Shown here: piece by piece, positions 33,966-47,602 of the stretch
Layout of the letters: each line of letters starts with the position of its first letter
Position numbering within the stretch: the stretch's first letter is position 1
Assembly: GCA_000934665.2 (NCBI GenBank)
Contig: KZ538279.1
Location: forward strand, 62,001 to 126,000
Length of the DNA: 64,000 nt
From: Catajapyx aquilonaris
Lineage: Eukaryota
Direction of reading: 5' to 3'
Translations under genes and position numbers: made by a program
The notes under the pieces: generated by a model
What the model was told of the DNA's origin: nothing
The model's input: the letters and a program-made list of their open reading frames with translations, nothing else
The model's database searches: none

Positions 33966-36900
33966 AAACACCTAACCTTCTCCTGAAATTGGCAACTCCG
34001 CTTATACGCCAGATTCCTTGTGCAACTGGCATTTTGGAAGGTGGGTTCTTCATGGATTTACGATCTTCCAGCTCCGCCTCACACTTGGAGCAGCAAATCG
34101 CCAGCTTTTAGGGAATGCGTACGCATCTGGAGTCTGCTGGATCCCAAAACGCTATTAGACAGTATATCTAGAGGGTTCAAATTCAACTGTATCCAGGGCG
34201 CACGTAATGAACAACCTTGAGAGGAGGGGGGGGGGGGTGCTATAATCGTGATAAGAATCGTATAATGATTTTCTACCAATCTTTCTAGGGGTCGACTGAT
34301 GGCTCTATCGAACTGTGGAATCAACACTGTCACTTTTTTTAACCCTGTGATCGTAGGCGGCAAAATCGCAGCAGGTTCCCTTCCGGATTTAGGGTTCTTG
34401 TTTAGAACAAGGACTGCAGGAGGTCACTTGGACACATGAATCATGGTTATTTTTAAATTTTAATTTAAAGTTAAAATTTTAAAAAATTGTAGATCACAAA
34501 CATCCAGCCGGCAACTTCATACTACTTGACTCTATCTGTACTGTAAAAAAAATACCAGCTTGCCCTTAGAGTTATGGGTTAATATGTATAATACGAGCCA
34601 GCTGTAATGTGTAATATTTGTGAAGAAAAAATTAGTGTTTACCAGAAATTCCATGTCGAAGGGCGTTGTTGGCTGGAGGCGGAGTGGAAAGTAAAGGGGG
34701 CGGGTCGCGAATGTCATTTGTCTTATTAAGGTGGGTGGCGAGTCCGAGGATGGTCCGAGGGTTGGTGGTACCGCTACGGCAAAATACTTTTGGAACAGAA
34801 ATCTGGGAGTCCGCGATGCGTGTGGCGGGGGTGGGGTCACTTTTAACAATTAGTGAAAGACATTTGGTGTAAAAGATGGAATTTCAGGTCTAGCTGTGAG
34901 TTTTTTTTAAACAATATGTAAGATGTGACTGGAAGGCGGTGTCTTTTGTGAGTTAACCCATATGGTTGATTCAAGTGGCGGCAAAGAAGTATTTACGAGT
35001 TGAGAAAATATGTTTGGTATTGTCACTCTTTGGTGTTGACCTCACATTTGGGCCCATTCGAATGCTCTACAACTCCCATTTTTCAATTTGCTGACAGAAA
35101 ACCATTAATCACATTACTGTGAAGAAGAGTGGTGGGTAGAATACAGTCAAAGAACAACTTTAGAAAAAAAAGTTGAAAATGATTTTGACACGAGGGTACA
35201 ACATTCGCCGCCAAAGGCGTGTACCTGCTCGGAATGATATATTCAATCATTCTGGCCACCTACAGTGTCAATTCCATATCATATGATCTCATGAGGGAAA
35301 TCAGTATAAGACACGTTGGTTAGGTGTATACAGGGCGTCACTCACTCTTGCAACTTGTCTCTAAATATTTTTCGGGATTTAGGCCTATATAGAATTAGTA
35401 CATGGTTATGCATTATTTCATTTCGCTTGATGACGTCAGGCTCACTTTCCATGAGTTTATATATTTGTAGTCTTATACAGTATCATTTCTTACCACCATT
35501 TTTTAAAGATTTTGTGTCGATTTTGGCTTCTCTGTTTAGCGGCATGCTTTCTGTTCAATATTGTCGCATTGTTGTATGCCTGATTTAGACAACAGATACA
35601 GCTATTTTATGATATACTTGCCGTTCCACGGCAACAAAATGCCTTCATAATGTATCTGAAAGGCCAAAGTGCATAAGATTTCTTTTCTTTATATTCCTAC
35701 GTATAGAGCATTCTTATTAAAATTTTGGTTGAAATGAATACGCTGACATTTGCCAATTTACAGTTGCTCGCAAGAAATTTTGCATTTTAAGTTCAGCAGG
35801 CGTGTACTATCAGGGCGACGACTTGTACTGATCGAGGAAAAGTTTCTAACTGTAATACAACTTTAATATTATACCGTAAGATCTAAATTTTATAGTTCCA
35901 ATGAACTCGCAAAATTTTGGATAGTACCAATCGTCTTCCGCTTCTTTTTTTCCATTCGAATATACCAGCAGCCCTTACTAACCATAATTGTAAGTTGCAT
36001 TAATATACGCTATTATCGGCTCCGGCAAAATATCCGCGCTGAGGTAGTGTTGCAGAAGACCATGTAGTTTTGATTACTTTCGCCCAAATAGTATATTTTA
36101 TCCAAGTTTAACCATGGAAGGGTTTTGGAAATGTTGAAATTTCCTATATAGACTCGCCCCATTATAATAGGCCTGCATGCAGTCTATATAGTATGATTCA
36201 TAAACATACAGTCATACACTATATAACTATACAATGTAAAGAGAGCAGATAAGTTGCACACCAAATGGAAAACCCCGAAACTGGACCTATCACAAGTCAT
36301 TCACTGCTGTCTATAAAAGAAAGTCCAAAATTATAATGGAAAATCTGGGATCCATCAATAGAGCATGCAACATTTTTGTCACATGTTTAAAGAATTATTA
36401 ATTACAGGATCACCTCTATGAACACACAACAATTATTGCTTTAAATGTTTTTTGCGAGATCTGAAGGATGATTCTATGAAGCGAGGAATTTTAGAATCCA
36501 ACAATAAATGAGCTTACGGCGGTAACAATTGACAGGGAGAAGGGAGGAGTAATTCCATAACGTACTTTAGGCCAAACGTATCCTGGGACTATGCAACCAT
36601 CAGTACCCCGCTGTTGTTGTTGTTGTTTTAATTTTCATAAGTTTTTCATTGGTAGAGTGCTATGGCTGTAGTGCGCTAGAATATACGGCTGGACGAACAG
36701 AATTGGTAAAATGCATGTAAGTTATTAAGCAGTACAAAATGATGCCATAGTTGATTTTTATGAATGTAGCTTACTCATCTGATCCTTGAAAATAATATTT
36801 AAAATAGGGCCGAGAAAGTTTTCATATTGTGATCCTTGTCTCACTGTCAGTGACAATAAAGCATTTGCGATACAGTTTTTCCAATAGCATTAGTGTGACG

Positions 36901-37008
36901 ATAATGACTTATACAGCGAGTACCAACACTGTACAGTACTGCATTAATGCAGAAGATTGATAGTTTATAATGCAGTGCATTTCAGAAATGATCTCACATT
37001 CATATATA

Positions 37009-37701
37009 CAGGGTGGTCGAAAAAGAATGCCCTGATTCTAAAACCCTATAACTCGAAAATGTGTAGACATATCTTAATGATTTTAGGTTTTAAATGCTAA
37101 GAAGTGTCTAAAGTTTTGGTCTTACCATAGTTTGTTTCGATATGAGCTCTATTTGTCGCTCGGAAAATGTAAAAGCGGTAATCGGTGTCGTGCCTAACCC
37201 TCTCAGACATGTCTGGAGCGGTCTGGAGTCACCATTGTCATCCTATCCCATATGGTGCTGGAGATGCCAGATTCTTTCACCATACATGTATGGTATATCC
37301 ACAGTCATGGGGAAACTTATCATTCGAGACTTCGCACACTGGGAGGCTGAACAAATTAACTTTCCTACGGCAGGTTTGTTTCATGGATGAGGCAACTTTT
37401 TATGTGAATCATCAATAATGTGTGTGGTGTAAAGATCAGGTATATCCAGCACCTACGCGATAGGATCGCAACAGTAACTTCAAATATGATTGAGCTGGTG
37501 TGGCACAAGACTGAATGCATTCTTTTTTTTATATGCCGAGCGACAAATAAAGCTCATATCGAAACAAACTAAGGTGAGACCAAAACTGTAGACATTTCTT
37601 AGCATTTTAAAACTTAAAATTCATTAAGATAGGCCTATGTCTATACAAGTTTGTGAGTTTATAGGGTTTTAGAGTCGGAGCATTCTTTTTCCACCACCCT
37701 G
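37009..37701 (+). mobile_element. Internally deleted Tc1/mariner-superfamily element with ~150-bp TIRs
   Basis: CAGGGTGG...CCACCCTG long inverted arms; internal translation FLRQVCFMDEATFYVN matches the first catalytic-Asp motif (F-SDEA-F). Confidence 0.85.
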
Positions 37702-38135
37702 CATAATACAAAATCTCGCGGTGTGGCAGTAACGCACACAGTGTTGGGAAAACCATTTAATGTGGCTTTCCGACAGTGTTATTTTACCCCAAGCTTGGTG
37801 ACTACACATAGGCGTACACACGCAAATTCACCGATGCGAACATGTGAGCTCAATAATTAATAATGAAACACACTAAAGTGTACAAAAACAGAGGTAGGCT
37901 ATTATAAAAGAATTACACTAACAGGGTGGTTCAAAATTTGCTCACTTCCTCTTGAATTTAAGTTCCCTGAGAATTTCTAAGCTGAAATTACTCTACGAGT
38001 CTACGTAGTTTATGTTACAGCTTTCAGGTCCGGATCACCGCATTCCAATTTTGGTTTTGTGATAGAACAACAGTAACTACTATCTTGCCGGTTGTTATAG
38101 ATTCTCCAAATCACCGTGCTTTTTATAGGCATATA

Positions 38136-39843
38136 CACTACCTGTCAAAAGTTTAGCATCACCCCCAAGCAGAGGTTTTTTTTTATTTCCCAAGCCAAAA
38201 CTTACAGTACAAATTGAAAGTGTGAGTCACGGTTGAACGCGTCGTGAATAACGCTACAAACCGGAAAAGGAATGGTCTAGGTTCAACAGAGTCGCAGATA
38301 TTACCTATTTTGTTAAAGAAAAATTCTCGAAAACCTGCATTTTCAACTACTTGCCCTGATCTGAAAATATTGGGACACCCCCAAAAAATGCAGTGGTGGG
38401 GTTATACACAGGATGTGATAAAAAGTTTCCATTAAGATTATCTGGACTTTAGAATGGATAATTATGGATAGTAACAATTGAGCTAGAAGGATACCAAATT
38501 TGAAGTTCATTTGACAGTTAACAACTGAAATAAATACGATTATACCTTGGACAGTGAATTTCTGTGGGGTCTGGTAAAAATTGCTGCCACTATGTTAATT
38601 TCTTACTTAGCGGGATGTAAATGTTGATAATGAACCTGAGGGGCCGCACAAACCCAAAAACAGTTATGACATTAATTACAAAAAATCTAGCACAAAAATA
38701 AAAAATATTTATCATGGCTTGCAGATATGCCATTTTCTGTGCATTTTTGAATTAAGGAATATTTAAAGCCATTTTACTTTAATTGCAATGAAATTTTTTA
38801 TCATAGCACATTGGACTGAGGTCTAGATAAACAATACTATCACATTTTAATTTATTAATAAATAACACCGTTAAATGTGGTACAGCCAAGTGTATCAATT
38901 TCTGAAAAAATCCACTTGCGATAAATATTTTTTAATTTTGTGCTAGATTTTTTGTAATTAATGTCATAACTGTTTTTGGGTTTGTGCGGCCCCTCAGGTT
39001 CATTATCAACATTTACATCCCGCTAAGTAAGAAATAAACAGAGTGGCAGCAATTTTTACCAGACCCCACAGAAATTCACTGTCCAAGGTATAATCGTATT
39101 TATTTCAGTTGTTAACTGTCAAATTAACTTCAAATTTGGTATCCTCCTAGCTCAATTGTTACTATTCATAATTATCCATTCTAAAGTCCAGATAATCTTA
39201 ATGGAAACTTTTTATCACATCCCCACCACTCCATTTTTTGGGGGTGTCCCAATATTTTCAGATCAGGGCAAGTATAAATAGTAATAAATAAAGGTAAGCA
39301 TCACGAATTCATGTTTATTATTTTTATTTATGGCAATAAGTAAACGCCGAACACAAGAAAAATTACCACAAAAATTTAAAAAAATTATCACTCGAACTGA
39401 AATTTTTAACAATTTTCGGCATTTCTTCTTATATACCCAACAATTGACGTATCGTCAACAGCGCATAACTTCAGAACTGATACTCCTACAGAAATGAGGT
39501 TTGGACCAGCCAATTTGGAAAACCTTAACAAATCGGCTGCTCCAAACCTAATATCTGTATGAGTATCGGTTCTGAAGTTATGCGCTGTTCATGACGTCAA
39601 TTGTTGGGTGCATATAAGAAGAAATTCCGCAATTTTAAAAAAAATCCAGTTCGAGTGATAATTTTTTAACATTTTTGTGGTAATTTATTTTGTGTTTGGC
39701 GTTTACTTATTGCCACAAATAAAAATAATAAAGCATGAATTCGTTATGATTACCTTTATTATTTATTAATATTTATAGTTGAAAATGTAGGTTTACGAGA
39801 TTTCTTTAAAAACAAAATAGGTAATATCTGCACCTCTGTTGAA
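38136..39843. mobile_element. Long palindromic Tc1-like element, right end truncated, host to a nested MITE
   Basis: TA-CACTACCTGTCAAAAGTTT start; 38282-38349 joined to 39275-39515 pairs with 39525-39843. Confidence 0.8.
38350..39272. mobile_element. 923-bp MITE with ~360-bp near-identical TIRs and TA TSD
   Basis: TA|CTTGCCCTGATCTGAAAATATTGGGACACCCC...GGGGTGTCCCAATATTTTCAGATCAGGGCAAG|TA. Removing it restores the host arm TTTTCAAC-TA-TAAATA. Confidence 0.92.
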
Positions 39844-41367
39844 GCTTTGAAGCAGCAATATTGTCTTAGAAATTCGTAAGGAACTTGAGTCCACGATGAT
39901 GTACGCACCTATGCTATGTACAAAATTTTATTACTAGCACAGCAATAAAAGGCTATACGCTATTTATTTTATTTTGCTTTTGAAACAATTACCTACAAAA
40001 ATATTTGCCTTAAATTGTGCAGTGGTCCGCCTTGTCCAAGCATAAAATTTCAATTCAGCTGACCGTGTCCAGTTGGCAACATCACGTGACCTTTGAACCA
40101 AAGACCATAGTACCGATAGGCGTCAGGAAGCCCTGCATCACTCTAATATGCCACAATAGTACGATTTAATTACTGACAATACCTAAGTCCACACGAAATC
40201 ATTAGCCCCTTGTTCCATCAACCGCCTCTCGGAAGTGTTTCATTTCCATCCGAAGAGACGTCATCAAATAAGCTTACAATCAGCCCCCTTTCCAGTAGAC
40301 CTATAGGCCCTATCGAGTCTAGAATTTTGGAAGGAAACGGAGGGGGAAAGTGGGGTCTTCCACCGAGGCTGCGTGCACATGGCAAAGAACTGTCACCTCT
40401 TTCCGCTCCCTTCACCATCATTACCTTAATTAATAACTTGTAATGAGCAAAGGACTAATTACGCGCTCTTCACGAACGTCACTCAGGCCGACACGCACGC
40501 TGCAAAGCGGAATGACAGCCCACTTGCCAACCATTTTCAAGCCCATCCAAACTTCCCACGGGCCTCGCCAAAAACGACTCTTACCACTCAACTCCTCCAC
40601 ATTGGGCGAGAGTTTGATCATTTCATGGATCATGTGCTGGGAATATGGCCAAGGAGGTATGGTCAAGAGGTTAGTTGGTTTTCAGGTGTTGGGGTAGGTT
40701 ATGAGTCATGTTCAAAATGTTATGAAAGTGTTTTTGTGAGTAAGTGTTATCAGGGGCAAAAATATGAAGGGGTTTTGGCACTCCAGTGATGTGTCTCAAA
40801 TAGCGGTGACATAACCTTCACATGCTACTGTGGACAAGACAATAGCAATATATTACATATAGTTACATATTACATATGCAGTATAGTGCGTGCGAATAAC
40901 AGCTACACATGTCCCATTTGCCTATGACATTATAACAACATGTAATGTGTTCCAATTGACCATAGCAGTGGTTAGCGATTTTTGGGCGCTATGCTTATTT
41001 TTATCTTTTATTTTTACCACTAGAAGTAACTGTACCGAAATAACTGATTAATACTGTAGTAAGCATCTCTCGTGCCAAAACATCGCTGACCATTATGGAC
41101 ATTTCCATTGGACCACACTGTACAAGGTGTTGAAAAATATGCGCACGTTTCATATTTAATTCCCTTGTGATATTCCAATTGCTCATCATTAATTATGGAG
41201 ATTCGGCTCCATTATTAGAGCGATAATCCCGTAATAAATATTCGTATGCAACTCACAGGCATGGCAAAAAAAAATATATTGCGGGTGAGACAAGTCCTCC
41301 AGCTAATACTCAGCAGTATGATCCCCACTATAGCCAAGTGTGACGAAACAAAAATTGTTATGCCATA

Positions 41368-41568
41368 TGTGGTGTGTCTGAAAAGTTCGGTGAATGTTAC
41401 AATAAAAGCGCTACAAAACAGAACTATTTTCAGAAGCTTTACGAACGATTTCAAAAGTGTGTTGTGTCTGATGGAGAGCACTTCGAAGACCAGTAAAGAT
41501 AATTCCTATGTATCTCCTGTTTTGTTGCTTTTATTGTAACATTCACCGAACTTTTCAGAAGCACCACG
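41368..41568. mobile_element. Mariner-type MITE
   Basis: GTGGTG..TCTGAAAAGTTCGGTGAATGTTACAATAAAAGC and its reverse complement; TA flanks. Confidence 0.85.
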
Positions 41569-43513
41569 TATAATCTCCGCAATGTAGCCAAAATCGTCAT
41601 AATCAACAAGGTTAATCTCTTCTTGGAATATCGCAAAAAATACTATACATAATTATGTGAGAAAGTAGGCAAAGTATGCAACACCCTCCCACACATGATA
41701 GAAAAAATACTATGCATAATACGTCATTCTGTTGTATTATACGGATCACTTTACGCATATACGTATTTTTCTGGAGGTCTCCGAAATTACAGAAGCCTGT
41801 TACCGGCCTTATAAATAACCAGAACACCGCTATATACTTGCGTTATACGTACAGTACAATTTACAGTGTTTCTTTACATCAAAATAGCATGCCGATCAGA
41901 CACCGACTTTCAAGCCAGACCGTCGCGTGCGTGAGTGCTAGCCCACCTATTTTGGCTTTAATGAAGGGCATATTAATAAGAGAAATTAGGGTTCAGTTCA
42001 GGATGGCTTATATGGCAGTTAAGAGGGACCATGGCTCTCCAGACAGGACACAGGTCTTCAGCGTGACAGTCCAAACTGTCGCGTGTTTCCGTTCGTGATG
42101 ACGACCCCATACTACACTATACAGTATGCACGGCCGATACGGGAAGAGAACGGTTGCTGGCAATTTACACATCGAAATGAGCATTTACATTGGGAGTTCA
42201 ATTTACATTTAAGCGGAAAACGAGATGTTGACAATATTTTACTCACATGCAACGAGTGCATTGCTGCTTACACCTGTTGGTGCCATTTTCATCATTTGCG
42301 TTTGGGTAAAATCCAACGGCCGTGTGTTTATGTAAGAGCATACATTGTATAGTGTAATACCCGTAATTTTTAAGTGACCTAAACTAAAGCGTATAAAATA
42401 TTGTTTGTGCAGAGTTTTAATGAATGGACGGGAGCGTGCGGTTCACCGGTGTTTAGTATATTAAGACGTTATCATCACGCCAAATGAACATTAGGCTCAA
42501 ACATGTGGTAGGCCAACAGTGTGAAAGAATAACATTATCTACCGTACTTGAAAGGAAACACTGAATCTGTTGTTGCCATAATTTTTGATCGAGTGCATTA
42601 GTTCTACCCCCAAAAAAGCTCCACTTTTTCACCTTCTCAGAATGAGATTTATACACAGTGTGTTCCAACTGAATTGTCCGCAGTGGTTATCAATTTTTGT
42701 CCCTAAGATACAGTATTATGAAGCAGTGCACTTTAGAAACTACTCATAGAAGTTATGTATATTTTGATGTTGGTCATGGCTTGAATGGAAGGATCCCTTC
42801 AAGGCCATAAATAATTTGAGCAAATAATAATATGAAAGACATCATTTTTGTTTGGTCTTTTACGTAATATTTTCAGTGCTAATGGTGTTTGATAATGTGC
42901 GCTAGAAAGGTTAATGTTAGTAGGCCCTACTGCAAACCTAGGATAAAGAGCCGAGATATTGTGGTCAAGTGCCTGCGAATTTTCAATATAATTTTTGCAG
43001 TTTTAATATTAATAGATTTGGGATATAATGCCCCAAATATTTGAATGATGCATTCTTCACTAAAACTGATAAAATTAACTTTACAATTGCGCAATACTTT
43101 TGCACCATGGGGGCAACCCTTCAAAATGGGAAGTTACAATGGGATAACTCACCAAGGTCATTAAATATTCAGTTTTAGTGCTTAATATATCACTCGAAAA
43201 ATTGGGCACCTTTTATACTAATGCCATAAAAATTAAAATAATAATTAATTCAGATTCCTGGTGCCTTTTGTAGCCATAATTATGTAACTTGAAAGAATTG
43301 CGAGTTCACGGCACTTTGACCACAATATACCAGCTCCTTACCTCTGGTTCTCAGTACAGTACTAGCTTTCACATTTCTAGTGCACTATCAGGTACCATTG
43401 TCTCTAAAATGTCAGTTGACCAATGAAAATAGGTGTCCTGCATATGACCTATATTATTTGCTAACATTCATTTCTCTATATTTTATGCTATTGGGAATGT
43501 CCTATTTGGAACT

Positions 43514-43645
43514 AGGAAGTCCCCGGTCTAGGAACAGGGTTACGTTCCTGCAAATTTCCATAAGTCGGATTTGTACGTAACTCGGATCCCTGAGGAACTG
43601 TACGGATCGCCGTAAGTCGGGTCGTTCGTAAACCGGGGACTTCCT
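43514..43645. mobile_element. Tigger/pogo-type MITE relic
   Basis: AGGAAGTCCCCGGT / ACCGGGGACTTCCT; repeated (CG)TAAGTCGG. Confidence 0.65.
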
Positions 43646-44363
43646 CAGTTCCTGTAGCCTACTAGTATCCGAGGTCAGTAATTACACCCTTTTTGTCAGG
43701 CCAGGCCTTGCTTAAAACAGTGCTTAAAACTATGCCCCATTCAACCTAATAGAACCAAGTGATAGTCTTGATAACACTTAAAAGTATCCGATCAAAAATA
43801 ACTGGCGTAAATTTGAGTCAGTAGGCCCACTAATCTAGAGCCTAGGTCAAAAAAGCACTAAACACTGCGTAAACTTCATCTGGAACACAATGTATATGAA
43901 CAATTAAAAGAAGGATTATGAGTTGGTAGCAGAGAGAATGACTCAAATATACTTTATAAGTAAACATTAAGTAAACAATTTAAAATGCTTTCAAATTTCA
44001 ACCAGTTGTGTCCGCTCCAACGCGAAAATTATTGAATAATTATGTAAGTGAACTCGTTGGAGCCATATAACGGATCTGCATGATACAACAGACTATTATT
44101 ATATTCATTTTCTTTTCTGGATAATTTTTAATAAAGGGAATTAGAACGTGTCACTACATTTTATTCACTCATGCCTCTTAGAGTGATTGTTAGATACCCC
44201 CTGCCACAATAATATACTGTCACACAGTTTTGCTGTACACCCTCAAAAATGCTAAATATTACAAAAATAACTTCTGCTATCTCTCATCAACATAAATATT
44301 TAATGAATAGAAAAAGGTTCAATTAATTTGCTCTCACTCACTTTTAAAATACTTGCTCAAGTA

Positions 44364-44525
44364 CAGTGTTGGTCATATATCGAGGCAACCGCCAGCGACA
44401 TTTTTCCGAAGCGGCAGAAGAAGGAAACTTGTTCGCCCGGCTTGTAGTATGCTTATCTTCGATTCCTTCTTCTGCCGCTTCGGAAAAATGTCGCTGGCGG
44501 TAGCCTCGATATATGACCAACACTG
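44364..44525. mobile_element. Young palindromic MITE (~62-bp arms, one mismatch), TA-flanked
   Basis: CAGTGTTGGTCATATATCGAGGC...GCAGAAGAAGGAA and its reverse complement. Confidence 0.9.
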
Positions 44526-44766
44526 TACACCGGTGTTAGCTCTCAAGTTTTCACTTCTTTACCAAACTACATGACTAAAATAATTATATGTTTTAAGCTA
44601 ATTTCAAGCTGTTACAAATGGTTATAAATGTCATAGAACGACATTTAAGCAAAACAAAATATATTGCATATAGGCTACTGTTTTTTTAAAAATACTGAAG
44701 TTTGGGCCAAGCGTGTCCTGGCGCTTTCAACAACAGCAATTGTTCCCCTTCTATGGGTGGGTCTAT

Positions 44767-44877
44767 GGGCGGAATTTTCGTCGCACTGCTAGTTACTGCT
44801 AACTTAGCAGTAACAGTGCAGTGCATTGATACTGCTAAGTTAGCAGTATTACTAGCAGTGGGACATAAATTCCACCC
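44767..44877. mobile_element. Palindromic mini-MITE with self-palindromic arms
   Basis: GGGCGGAATTT...AAATTCCACCC; both arms contain TACTGCTAA(C/G)TTAGCAGTA; TAT on both flanks. Confidence 0.75.
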
Positions 44878-45171
44878 TATATGTGGGAAGGGAGTACTGA
44901 TGGTTGTATAGAATCAGGATACGTTTGGTAAAAACATATTATTTTCTTGACAACCAGTAAAGTAGGTTTACATGGTGTTACGGGCAGATGCAAAAATAAA
45001 CATTAGTCTTACTATGCTGTTGACTTGGTATAAATATGCAATATGTCTAGCCGACTAGCTATCGTCCTATAATTGCGAAGAAGCTGCTTGTTTCTTTTGC
45101 ATCCAGTCAGTGTCTGGTGCTGCAACCTTATCATCAGCACATTGTTTTGTGCTCAGTATAGCAAAGTTGCC

Positions 45172-45245
<74 letters not shown>

Positions 45246-45270
45246 TAATAATAATGATAATAATAATAAT
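45172..45270. repeat. (AAT)n microsatellite
   Basis: About 33 AAT units with two GAT variants. Confidence 0.97.
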
Positions 45271-47229
45271 GCCTTCCCATGTGCTTTTTAAAAATCGTGC
45301 TTTTCCTCCGGGGAAGGCCTTTTTGTGTGATCGACCTAGGATCGATTCTGCGAGGCGCAGTATGGCAACCAATATAGGCGCGCCTGTTGCAAGGAGAGGG
45401 GAAGAAATTGGAGGAACGAGATGGGGCCAGAGAGAGTGGAAAAAGGGAAAGAGGGGGTGGAGCAGGGTGGAGGGAAGTGAGAAGATGAAGGAAAAAGGAC
45501 GGTATGGCGATTGGGTGAGCGAACCTTCACGGCGCACTGGACATCCAAAATGTCCCTTGCCATTCGACCAACTCCAAACACTTTTCTCACGTCTTTTCTG
45601 GCACGTCCCCTCTCCCTAAAACCCAATTAAAAGACCTTCCAAGACTGCCATTCCACTCCGATTCCTCCAGTGCGAACAAATGCACCGGGAAATTACACCT
45701 TTTTCTGCAAATGGTCTTTTACCACACACTCTACAGGGTGTTTCTAGACTGGAAAAAAACACCTTATAAGTGTCTATGAATTCGCCTGAAATGCAAAATG
45801 ATGATAGTCACACTGGAGTGATTTCGCGATATGAATGTTTGATGATTGCAGATTGAAGACACTCGTTGAAGACACTGTCGATGTTCGACAAAATACTGAA
45901 AGAAACATCATCTGTACGTTATTCAGGCCATATTTCTCTTGGGCCTCATCTCAACCTGGGTGTGATCTTTGATGAGTGTTGTTCGAGCATGCCGTGATTG
46001 CGTGAAATCAAACTGCTGCCAACACACCACTCATTAGCTGACAGGCGCGTATGGTTGTTCTGGTCACAGAATGCCAACCGGAAGCAAGCGGACATAAATA
46101 GCCAGGTATGACGAATATTCCGTGTGAAGTGTTTGCAGTAGACTATGGGCTTCCGTGCTGAAAAAGCCTACCCCGTGAGTGGGTTGTACCTTCAGAGAGA
46201 ACCGAGGGAGGTTTTGGATGCCAAGCTACTGACGGCCACCCGCAGTGCTCTTGGAACATGCCAATTTGGAGCACTTGTATTCGTTGCACGTACGCCTTAT
46301 GCTCCGGATGCTCAAGTTTTGACCGTGTGTTTCAAACTTTTGGAGAGTTTACGTGAAAAAGGTTGGATCCGGTTTATTAAGATGATCGATTTTCAATGGA
46401 AGTTTCCAAGTGAATTCAGTGCTGAAATCAGCATGTGTTTAGGTTGCTTGCAAAACAGGGTGCCGAACACCCGGCGATCCAGGGAAACAATTGTTATGAT
46501 CAAGCTTTGCTCCTTTGTCTGTTGTTTCCCCTTCCACCTCCCCAATCCAGATCCCAGTCACATTAATGCTTCTTATTACTGCCAGCGCCTTTGTCTCGTA
46601 GTGATAGATGACGACGTGCGTAAGGTCCACAATATCTAGCCTATATAAAAACAGAAGGTTTTTCGGAGGGTTCCCTGCATTCGATAAAACTAGACGTAAA
46701 TGCATCACAATAACTAAACCCGAATGCTTTTATCTTGCTTGTATTATCCTCTTCTCTTTCCATCGCCAAAGTGACAGGGTTGGAAAAAAAGGGTCGCTCC
46801 AAAAAGAATTGATTTTGGTCTTTTATAAACTTCTGCAGTAAGTTATAAGAAGCTTGATTGAATAGTCTTGTAATTCATATTTCCAAATATTACTACAATT
46901 TAACTTTATGATGTAGTTCATACTCAAAGCCGTGCCATTGGAGAGGTGAATGTTTTTCTCAATAATCACAAACGTGTCCCATTTGTGGCCCAGTTCTATA
47001 TATTGAAAAATTATCACAGAGAGGAATGTACGTAAATGAGTTAGGCTTCTGGGACTTCCAAAGCGAAAAATAAATAATGTCATGTGCTCAGTTATCTGAG
47101 AAACTGAATTGAATAGTAAAATAACGACTTGAAGTTGAATGTAATGCCATTGATTGGAAGCGAATAGTGAATTGAAGTTGAATACAATTTATTGAGTGCT
47201 CAATGAATTGGATAAATTTGCTTTGAAAA

Positions 47230-47292
47230 GAGTTACGTCCAGCCCTGAGTACAACCCCATGTCTTTTGATGAGCTCTGGGACCAACGGTGGC
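47230..47292 (+). pseudogene. Possible Tc1 transposase fragment
   Basis: Translation SSPEYNPMSFDELWDQ resembles the Tc1 motif SPDLNPIENLW. Confidence 0.3.
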
Positions 47293-47376
47293 ATGGGTTC
47301 CTGGAACTTCACCAGGTGGTAGCGAGCTTATTCCTCCCCACCCACAGGCCAGATCCCCGTCAACAGACTACTAGAT

Positions 47377-47602
47377 GGGTTCGAACCCGGCCGAGGTCGG
47401 TGACTTTTCTCCGGGTGGTAGAAAAGTGAGAGTGCGCCTTCCTTCGGAGGGGAAGTAAAGCCGTCGGTCCCGTGTGCTTGTGACATTGCGCGAGTGCACG
47501 TTAAAGATCCCCAGAGTGGCCAAATTTCCAGGAGGAGGACCACCCCCTGGCGTCGGTGTTGAGCCTTAGAGGCAGAAATAGGCTGACGTTAAGCCCCACT
47601 GA
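47377..47602 (+). mobile_element. SINE family B, 5'-truncated copy
   Basis: Near-identical to the reverse complement of 7502-7730; starts at the B box. Confidence 0.88.

Noticed and set aside
45067..45619. Poly-Ile and poly-Asn ORFs (also 24639-24929)
   Set aside because: Translations of (AAT)n microsatellites.
45732..46639. 164-aa ORF and nearby TACAGGGTG as a transposase gene
   Set aside because: Only a solo TIR-like end and very weak motif hints; no intact catalytic motifs.
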